Assembly (NCBI RefSeq): GCF_002276045.1 | Contig: NZ_NQMR01000024.1 | Coordinates: 6,313 to 38,312, forward strand | Source of the DNA: Pseudoalteromonas sp. NBT06-2 | Lineage (GTDB): Bacteria > Pseudomonadota > Gammaproteobacteria > Enterobacterales > Alteromonadaceae | Direction of reading: 5' to 3' | DNA: 32,000 bases | Shown here: positions 25,840 to 32,000 of the stretch, piece by piece | Numbering within the stretch: the first letter of the stretch is position 1 | Layout of the letters: each line of letters starts with the position of its first letter | Program-made: the position numbers and the translations under genes | The notes under the pieces: generated by a model | Databases searched by the model: none | What the model saw: the letters and a program-made list of their open reading frames with translations, nothing else | Told to the model about the DNA's origin: nothing

Positions 25840-27018
25840 ATGAAGCCTTTTGAGTTCCAAACTGTATTGTTCAATTTTCATGACGTTATGCTTTTAATGA
25901 CAGTCATGCAATGCCTATTTTTTGGTACGCTACTTTATGTTACCAATACTAGCCGTATTAAAAGTACTTTGTTTCTTGCTGCCTTTTTGTTCGCCCATGC
26001 ATTGATCCCTGCCAATGAATTAATGATGTGGGGCGCAGAGTTTAAGTCTCTAGTAAGAAATCAATGGCCTAGTGTGCATTTTATACCTGGGATTGCCTAT
26101 TACATAGATGGACTTTTATTATTTTTTTGTATCAAGTCCTTAATATTTCGTAATTTTTCATTAAAAAAAATAGATCTACTTCATTTGTTACCTCTACTCG
26201 CATATATCATATTTATATCAACTGAATTCTATAGTCATTCTTTTGAGCAAAGACAAGAGATGCTCAATAGCGAATCTTTTGTATATAGTGCCGGTTATGT
26301 AACCATGGAATTCTTTAGTAAATGGGTGAGGTTTTTTTACGCAATTGCTTGCTTTGTATTAATATTTAAATACAAGAATCGGTTACAGGATACTCATTCA
26401 AACATAGAAAATGTGCATATAAATTGGCTAAATGGGCTTGTTGTTGGTTTTATGGTGGTAATGCTTTCGGAAGTAATATTAGTTGGCGCTAAGGTTTTTA
26501 ATTTGTTTTACCCTTTAGGAACCGACATGTTCATGTACCTAGGACTGACCGGAAATTACACCTCCTTTGTTTTAGTTAACTTATTAATATTTACCGCTAT
26601 TCGATATTTTTTGATATTTGAACAAGTAACTGATGATGAAACTATTAAAAAATCAGTAGATGATAAGTTTGTTAATCCTGATATGGCCGCTGAAGTTGAC
26701 TGTGCAATACTCAAAAGCAAAGCCTATATGGAACCTGATATTACGCTAGATAAACTCGCTGAGTCTTTGTCCATTATACCGCGAGATCTATCTATGTTGA
26801 TAAATCGCCATTTTGGTATTAATTTTTATGAGTTTATTAACAAATATCGTATTGAAGAAGCAAAAAAAATGCTCGTTGATCCAGAGCACAAAAACACCAC
26901 AATAACCGATATTTACCTAGCTGTAGGCTTTAACAGCAAATCAGTGTTTTACACTTTTTTTAAAAAGTTTGAAAGTGTCACGCCTTCTCAGTTTCGCCAA
27001 TCAGCTCTCTGTAAATAA
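25840..27018 (+). CDS. Membrane-embedded AraC-family regulator (about 6-7 N-terminal TM helices + C-terminal AraC HTH)
   Basis: Residues 15-260 are a series of hydrophobic spans, for example VMLLMTVMQCLFFGTLLYV, LFLAAFLFAHALIPA, IPGIAYYIDGLLLFFCIKSLIF, LLHLLPLLAYIIFIS, VRFFYAIACFVLIF, LNGLVVGFMVVMLSEVILVG and SFVLVNLLIFTAIRYFLIF. Residues ~290-390 carry the dual AraC HTH (ITLDKLAESLSIIPRDLSMLINRHFGINFYEFINKYRIEEAKKML......TITDIYLAVGFNSKSVFYTFFKKFESVTPSQFR). Confidence 0.85.
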   Translation: MKPFEFQTVLFNFHDVMLLMTVMQCLFFGTLLYVTNTSRIKSTLFLAAFLFAHALIPANELMMWGAEFKSLVRNQWPSVHFIPGIAYYIDGLLLFFCIKSLIFRNFSLKKIDLLHLLPLLAYIIFISTEFYSHSFEQRQEMLNSESFVYSAGYVTMEFFSKWVRFFYAIACFVLIFKYKNRLQDTHSNIENVHINWLNGLVVGFMVVMLSEVILVGAKVFNLFYPLGTDMFMYLGLTGNYTSFVLVNLLIFTAIRYFLIFEQVTDDETIKKSVDDKFVNPDMAAEVDCAILKSKAYMEPDITLDKLAESLSIIPRDLSMLINRHFGINFYEFINKYRIEEAKKMLVDPEHKNTTITDIYLAVGFNSKSVFYTFFKKFESVTPSQFRQSALCK

Positions 27019-27036
27019 TTAATGTAGTAAAATAAT

Positions 27037-27073
27037 ACCAGTGACTTAGTATAAAGCTTAGCCACTGGTATAA
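27037..27073. terminator. Inverted repeat between the convergent AraC and GH30 genes (candidate bidirectional terminator)
   Basis: ATACCAGTG (27037-27045) pairs with CACTGGTAT (27065-27073): a perfect 9-bp stem with a 19-nt loop. The flanking A/T tracts are weak. Confidence 0.35.
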
Positions 27074-27081
27074 CTACAAAG

Positions 27082-28533
27082 TTAATAAACTAACGTTTGC
27101 ATAGCTCTGGCAGGGATAGTCAAAATTGATTGTTTACCTTCAACAATAAAATTGTAGTTAACTTTTTCATCTGTTTGGTTCATGACAATCGTAGCCATTA
27201 TATTATCTTCATTAACAAATGATGTCGCTAACAAGACACTGCGACTACTACTGGTACTCATACGTTGTGCATTAGGGCGAACAAATTTTGAAAAATGACC
27301 GATATAATAATAAGTTGGCGTATAAATTAACTCTCCAGTCGACGTATTAGCATGGATAGGCGCAAAACAAAAATTACTCACATGATTTGGACCTCCATTT
27401 TGATCTAATAATATATTCCAATCAGTCCAGCCAACCGTACCTTTGTTAAAATCATTAATCATCGAATGGCCGTATCGCTCTGCATTTGGCCAATACTGAT
27501 AACGATCGGCTCTAAAATTTTCATTTGTTCCTTCTGTGAACATAAGCTTCATATCAGGATATGACTCTGTCACTAAAGCGAGGTTGTCATGCATGGTTTT
27601 TCCACCAGCCCAAGTTTCATACCAGTGAAAGCCAATGCCCCATGCATATTTTGCCGCTTCAGGATCATCAAATATAGTGTTAGCACGATTAGTGATTAAA
27701 TCACGATTATGATCCCAAACAACAATATTTTTATCACCATAACCTGACTTCTCCATAATCGGCCCTAAATGATTTTTTAAGAAATCACGCTCTTCCTCTG
27801 CCGTATAAATCATTGATTCCCAGCGCTGCACTGCCATAGGTTCATTCTGAATTGTCACTCCCCAAATAGGCATACCCTCAGCTTCATAAGCTTTTATAAA
27901 CTTAGTAAAATAAGTTGCCCAAGTATCATAATACTCTGGCAGCAACTTTCCACCTTGCAGCATGTTATTATTAGTTTTCATAAAAGCAGGCGCACTCCAA
28001 GGACTGGCATAAAGCATTAAATTGCCTCCAGCTGTGTCGATTGCTTGTTTGATTAACGGAATACGAAACTCACGATCATGGTCAATGCTAAAACTAGATA
28101 ATGACTTATCCCCCTCATCTATATATGTATGGCTACCGCTGCCAAAATCAGAACTGTGGATAGGAGTACGAGCCAAAGAATAACCAATGCCAGCCTTAGG
28201 ATCATAATAAGCTTTTAGCATTTCATTTTGTTTATCTTTTGGCAACTTAGCAAATACTTCAGCACTAGCATCAGTAATTGCACCACCTATGCCTAGTATT
28301 TTTTGAAAACGCTTATTTGGGTTTACAAAAACCGAAACCTCTCCTTCCGTAGGCTGTACACTTGGTTTTAACGTCTTTTGTTGCGTTAAAGTCAAGCGCA
28401 TATCGGTATCTTTAGCAGTAGTATAAACCGCTATTTTATTTGCATAAAATGAAGCTGCATGAAGATAAGTTGATGTTATGCCTGCCATTAACGGAGCTAA
28501 CAGCACAGGTACTATGAACTTTTTTTTATTCAT
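27082..28533 (-). CDS. Secreted GH30 glycoside hydrolase (glucosylceramidase-like; probable beta-1,6-glucosidase/glucanase)
   Basis: Signal peptide (..STYLHA/AS). Collinear with GH30_1 enzymes and human GBA as I recall them: GIGGAITDASA, GIGYSLARTPIHSSDF, LYASPWSAPAFMKTN, the acid/base motif VTIQNEP and the nucleophile motif KLMFTEGT. It starts 36 bp after the GH5 stop, so it is probably co-transcribed with GH5. Confidence 0.9.
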   Translation of the reverse strand: MNKKKFIVPVLLAPLMAGITSTYLHAASFYANKIAVYTTAKDTDMRLTLTQQKTLKPSVQPTEGEVSVFVNPNKRFQKILGIGGAITDASAEVFAKLPKDKQNEMLKAYYDPKAGIGYSLARTPIHSSDFGSGSHTYIDEGDKSLSSFSIDHDREFRIPLIKQAIDTAGGNLMLYASPWSAPAFMKTNNNMLQGGKLLPEYYDTWATYFTKFIKAYEAEGMPIWGVTIQNEPMAVQRWESMIYTAEEERDFLKNHLGPIMEKSGYGDKNIVVWDHNRDLITNRANTIFDDPEAAKYAWGIGFHWYETWAGGKTMHDNLALVTESYPDMKLMFTEGTNENFRADRYQYWPNAERYGHSMINDFNKGTVGWTDWNILLDQNGGPNHVSNFCFAPIHANTSTGELIYTPTYYYIGHFSKFVRPNAQRMSTSSSRSVLLATSFVNEDNIMATIVMNQTDEKVNYNFIVEGKQSILTIPARAMQTLVY

Positions 28534-28569
28534 GGGTAAAATTCACTCTTTTAGTTATTTTTATAAGAT

Positions 28570-31113
28570 TTAAGGTAAAACGGAAAATTGCATCCAGTTA
28601 AAATTCCAGCCGCCACCAAGAGACTCTATTCGTAAGGTATGTTCGCCTGCAGGTAGGTTTAACGTACTAGTTTGAGTAGACCATGACTGCCAACCTCCAG
28701 TGGAGTTCACTGTGACTGTATCTATTAACTCTCCATCTAGTGTTAAATTAAAACCGTCACTACCACTTTCACTCGCCAATCGGTATTCGACCTGATAGCT
28801 GCCCGCTTCATTAATATTAACGTTGTACTCTAGCCAATCATCTGTATCAGCAAAACCAGTATTGTTACCACCACCAATGTCTGATGTTACTTCAACTTCA
28901 AATCCAGCCATATCAGTCCAATTTTCTGCTTGAATTACACCTGGTAACGTATTAACTAGCACACCCGATACAACTTCTTCACTATCAAAACTAATATCCT
29001 GGGCATCAATAGCCGTTATTTTGAAATAATAAATATTAGAGTCAGTAATGGTTGTATCTGAAAAAGTTTCGGCTGCTGCATTTTCAGCAATTAATTGGTA
29101 ATTTGAATTATTATTAGTGCTGCGGTAAATATTGTAGCCAGTAACATCTTCTTCTTGATTAGCGTTCCAACTTAAATGTGCGCCAACATCATCAAGCATA
29201 ATGCTTAAACCTGTTGGTTTTGCAGGTAATGTATATAATGTTGAAGCTTGTGTTGCAGTCATCGCAGTTAAAAGCGGTTGGTGAATGTCATATTCAACCG
29301 TACCGTACAGTTGAAATATTGATTCTATTTCGGCTATTGGTGCATTGGCAAAATCAACACTGGGTAATGCTTGTTCAGAAACAACATCTTTTCCCTCAAC
29401 TGGTTCATCTGTCACAATATATATTTCAGCCCATGCATTTACACTGGTGTTATCTTTAAAAACACCTGAAAGCGTATAATTTTTACCACCTTCCAAAGTG
29501 ATTGCTTGATAGATGCCACCATTAAACTCTGTGATATTTGTATCAGTCAAACCACTCATTCTTAACACAGTACCTTCAGAGCCTGTAGGAAAACTATCAG
29601 CATCAGTCACATTATAATCTATTGTTGGTGCACCGCTAGCAACCCAAGTTGTCCAACTATTTTGTGAGCCAAAATTTCCATTTAATATAACTTCATTACC
29701 TAAGTCATCCAGTAAGCTAATTTTATCAAGTGTTATATCAAGCTTACCTCCACAGCAAGTACCCGATTTAATAACTAGGTAATACGTTTGCTTACCTGCG
29801 ACAGTAGGAGAAATTGCATCGCTAGCAGCAGCACATGCATTACTAAAACTACTATCCCAGCCTGCACAATTCCATGTTGAAGCCTTGGTTACTAACCCTA
29901 AGCTGTTTTTTTTATTTGTGACCATGCCCCATGTTCCAGCACCTTGACCACCATCACCCGTTAACACTTTATATGACCAGTTAGTTGCAGCCCAATTTAG
30001 CTCAGCAAATTTATCGTAAGTTGCACGTGCATTTTCACCACCAAACTCATAACCTAAACTTTGCCATGGTTGAAACTCACCAATTAACAATGGCGATGCT
30101 AAATCTTGCATTTTTGCATCCCATGCACACACTCCACCCGCACCATCTTCGCCACAAGTTAACCAATCTCGATGTGTTTCATAATTTGGCTCTGCCCAAC
30201 CGAAAATACCGGGATAAAAATGCATTTCAAACGCAACATTTGTACCATCAAACGAATCAGGATGGCCATATTCATCAATACCAGAATGATGCCCAGGAAG
30301 CACAATTATTTTTTTTGCATCAGTTTCACGAACCGCTTTATATAAATCAATCATGACATTAGCTAGATTATCCGCTTCGGTTCCCCAAGGTTCATTGAGT
30401 AAACCATATGCTGCAACAGTGCCGTTATCCTTATAACGTTCGGCGATTTGTTGCCATAGCCAGATTGTACGTTCTTGATATTCAGGTGTACTCCAGTATT
30501 GATTTTGTCCAGCACAACCAGAATGATCAGCCCAACCTTGAGCGCCAACAGCACCATGTAAATCTAAAATGACATACATACCGCGTGCTTGTGCTTGTTC
30601 AATTGCATAATCAATATATTGCCAAGCATCGGCACGCAAAGTCATAGGATTTTTTTCGTTTTCAATCACATTCCAAACAAAGGGTAATCTAATGGTATTT
30701 AAGCCATAACTTTCTAATATGTCCCAATCCCGTTCAGCTATCCAGTTATCACGAAACATATCTAATAAACGTTCACGCTCTTCAAAACCAAATCGTTCAT
30801 CAAAAGTCGCCTCCAAAGTACATTGATCTGTTGCAACAGTATTTGATGATTGATTCATCATCCAAAACTCGTGTAATAACCAATTACCTAAATTAGTGCC
30901 TTTTAAAGTTACAGTTTTATTTTCTGCATTAACCCATTTAACACCCTCAGTATGAAGTGCCGATAACCCAACTAACTTTGGCTGAGGATCTACTGATGGA
31001 ATGGTAGTTGAAGTTGAATCTAGATCTGGTGAGTCACTATTAACTCCACATGCAGTCATGACCACAGTTAAGAGTCCATAGAGTAAAAATTTTGCTAGAG
31101 ATATTATTTTCAT
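28570..31113 (-). CDS. Lipoprotein GH5 beta-glucanase with a CBM4/9-like module, an FN3 domain and a C-terminal CBM6
   Basis: Lipobox LLTVVMTAC (Cys22). GH5 (cellulase-family) domain at aa ~55-400 with GTNLGNWLLHEFW, IRLPF, VILDLHG, acid/base LLNEPWG and nucleophile LIGEFQPW. A beta-sandwich module at aa ~470-575 (VILNGNFGS..W..W). FN3 at aa ~630-718 (PTGLS...LSWNAN.EEDVTGYNIYRS). CBM6 at aa 727-846 (IQAENW...GGGNNTGF...GWNFNWMQF). Confidence 0.9.
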   Translation of the reverse strand: MKIISLAKFLLYGLLTVVMTACGVNSDSPDLDSTSTTIPSVDPQPKLVGLSALHTEGVKWVNAENKTVTLKGTNLGNWLLHEFWMMNQSSNTVATDQCTLEATFDERFGFEERERLLDMFRDNWIAERDWDILESYGLNTIRLPFVWNVIENEKNPMTLRADAWQYIDYAIEQAQARGMYVILDLHGAVGAQGWADHSGCAGQNQYWSTPEYQERTIWLWQQIAERYKDNGTVAAYGLLNEPWGTEADNLANVMIDLYKAVRETDAKKIIVLPGHHSGIDEYGHPDSFDGTNVAFEMHFYPGIFGWAEPNYETHRDWLTCGEDGAGGVCAWDAKMQDLASPLLIGEFQPWQSLGYEFGGENARATYDKFAELNWAATNWSYKVLTGDGGQGAGTWGMVTNKKNSLGLVTKASTWNCAGWDSSFSNACAAASDAISPTVAGKQTYYLVIKSGTCCGGKLDITLDKISLLDDLGNEVILNGNFGSQNSWTTWVASGAPTIDYNVTDADSFPTGSEGTVLRMSGLTDTNITEFNGGIYQAITLEGGKNYTLSGVFKDNTSVNAWAEIYIVTDEPVEGKDVVSEQALPSVDFANAPIAEIESIFQLYGTVEYDIHQPLLTAMTATQASTLYTLPAKPTGLSIMLDDVGAHLSWNANQEEDVTGYNIYRSTNNNSNYQLIAENAAAETFSDTTITDSNIYYFKITAIDAQDISFDSEEVVSGVLVNTLPGVIQAENWTDMAGFEVEVTSDIGGGNNTGFADTDDWLEYNVNINEAGSYQVEYRLASESGSDGFNLTLDGELIDTVTVNSTGGWQSWSTQTSTLNLPAGEHTLRIESLGGGWNFNWMQFSVLP

Positions 31114-31134
31114 TTTTTACCTGCTTATTTAGTT

Positions 31135-31163
31135 ACCATATTGTTATGCTGTGTAAGTTTCAA
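31135..31163 (-). promoter_or_regulatory. Candidate sigma70 promoter for the GH5-GH30 operon
   Basis: The minus strand reads TTGAAA (31163-31158), a 17-nt spacer, then TATGGT (31140-31135). The -10 lies about 22 nt upstream of the GH5 ATG at 31113, with AGCAGG as the RBS. Confidence 0.35.
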
Positions 31164-31183
31164 TAGAGCACGATGCCAACACG

Positions 31184-31208
31184 CAGTAATAACCAAGTGC
31201 TATTACTG
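31184..31208. promoter_or_regulatory. Perfect palindrome CAGTAATA-N9-TATTACTG just upstream of the candidate GH5 promoter (candidate activator/operator site)
   Basis: 8-bp arms at 31184-31191 and 31201-31208, centred about 35 bp upstream of the putative -35. This is the position used by class I/II activators such as AraC-type proteins. Confidence 0.3.
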
Positions 31209-31241
31209 TTTATATTAAAAATGTAAAAAGTGAGAGATGAA

Positions 31242-31264
31242 AAAGTCACTAGAAAAATGACTTT
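31242..31264 (-). terminator. Candidate terminator after the TonB-dependent receptor gene
   Basis: The minus-strand transcript reads AAAGTCA-tttttctag-TGACTTT followed by TTC (a U-rich 3' arm). It lies 38 nt downstream of the receptor stop. Confidence 0.4.
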
Positions 31265-31301
31265 CATCATCAGTTTTTAGCTTATATATTCATAGACAAA
31301 G

Positions 31302-32000
31302 CTAGAATACATAACGGGCACCGAGGTTATATCGAGTGTGTCCAACAGAGTACTCTCGTACTTGATAGCTAGAGCGACCATGTATCCGTTGATCTTCTTC
31401 AGTCAGATTTATGCCCTCAAGAAACACTGACAATTTATCATTCACTTCATAACTGATGTTGGCATCCCACTGGAAGTATTCCTCAACAAATCTTGGGTCT
31501 CTACTTGTAGACTGTAAGTATTTATCACGCCAGTTATAAGCAAGCCTTACCTGCAAGCCATCCTTTTCATAAAAAGCAACAAGGTTAGCGGTATCACTCA
31601 TACCAGGCACAACCCATTGCGCTTCATTTTTATTGATATCGTAATTTAAATCGCCCTCTACAATAGTGAAGTTAGCTTGAAGCCCAAAACCTGTTTCACC
31701 GAAGGTATGTTGCATCGCAACTTCCCAACCTTTAACCGTGGTTTTATTTTGGTTAATTGGAATATTGACATCAAATTTAGCAACCGGATCTGAACCTAAT
31801 CCTGTGACAACAACTTCAATATCCTCGCCTTCACCAGTAACCACTATGTTTGCCTCATCACCATAATGCTCCGCAAAATAGGCGTTAAGATCGGCATTGT
31901 CGTATTCAAACTGAGGATCGCCGCCAGTAATAGCTTCAACTGCTTGCTCATAAAGCGCACCTTCGATTGGTGTTGTTAGATCACTAAAAAGAGGTTGGTC
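31302..32000 (-). CDS. TonB-dependent outer-membrane receptor, C-terminal part (N-terminus outside the window)
   Basis: I checked that the frame stays open from 31844 to the window edge at 32000. The GTG at 31844 is therefore not the real start. Beta-barrel strand pattern with the terminal ...RYNLGARYVF (C-terminal Phe). It sits at the head of the GH5-GH30 genes on the same strand. Confidence 0.85.
   Translation of the reverse strand, partial: DQPLFSDLTTPIEGALYEQAVEAITGGDPQFEYDNADLNAYFAEHYGDEANIVVTGEGEDIEVVVTGLGSDPVAKFDVNIPINQNKTTVKGWEVAMQHTFGETGFGLQANFTIVEGDLNYDINKNEAQWVVPGMSDTANLVAFYEKDGLQVRLAYNWRDKYLQSTSRDPRFVEEYFQWDANISYEVNDKLSVFLEGINLTEEDQRIHGRSSYQVREYSVGHTRYNLGARYVF

Noticed and set aside
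29985-30356. His-rich 123-aa plus-strand ORF (and 29214-29459 +, 30363-30557 -) within the GH5 gene
   Set aside because: The His/Gln richness is the mirror of Trp/Met/Val/Leu codons in the real GH5 frame. It contains no metal-binding or other domain pattern. Shadow ORF.

Overview
This is an AT-rich, gene-dense bacterial chromosome segment. Gene content suggests a marine Alteromonadales-type gammaproteobacterium, but that is inference only. I saw no rRNA, tRNA, CRISPR array, transposase, integrase or phage genes.

The window splits into three parts:

(1) 1-9.1 kb holds regulators and an exporter (AraC tail, LysE, LysR). It also holds three peptidases: a secreted M20 dipeptidase, an M16 PqqL-like lipoprotein and oligopeptidase B. 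A decayed solute-binding-protein pseudogene lies among them.

(2) 9.3-18.6 kb holds a translationally coupled pair of secreted glycosidases, a GH2 LacZ-like beta-galactosidase and a GH63 YgjK-like alpha-glucosidase. Their 3' end overlaps, convergently, a 1215-aa orphan sensor histidine kinase with a periplasmic propeller / Y_Y_Y domain.

(3) 18.7-32 kb starts with a poorly coding stretch, a type-II-like TrpRS and a 5'-truncated TonB-dependent receptor remnant. A beta-1,3/1,6-glucan (laminarin-type) utilisation locus follows. It contains GH16 (CBM6 + malectin), GH30, a large GH5-FN3-CBM6 lipoprotein, an intact TonB-dependent receptor and a membrane-embedded (about 7TM) AraC regulator.

The most unusual gene in that locus encodes a secreted CBM6-CBM6-TSP3-CBM6 protein ending in an endonuclease/exonuclease/phosphatase (EEP) domain. 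The canonical laminarin pathway does not explain this gene, and the 7TM-AraC regulator also has no characterised mechanism. These two are my best candidates for undescribed biology.

All family calls come from motif recognition by eye in the supplied translations. No database search was possible.
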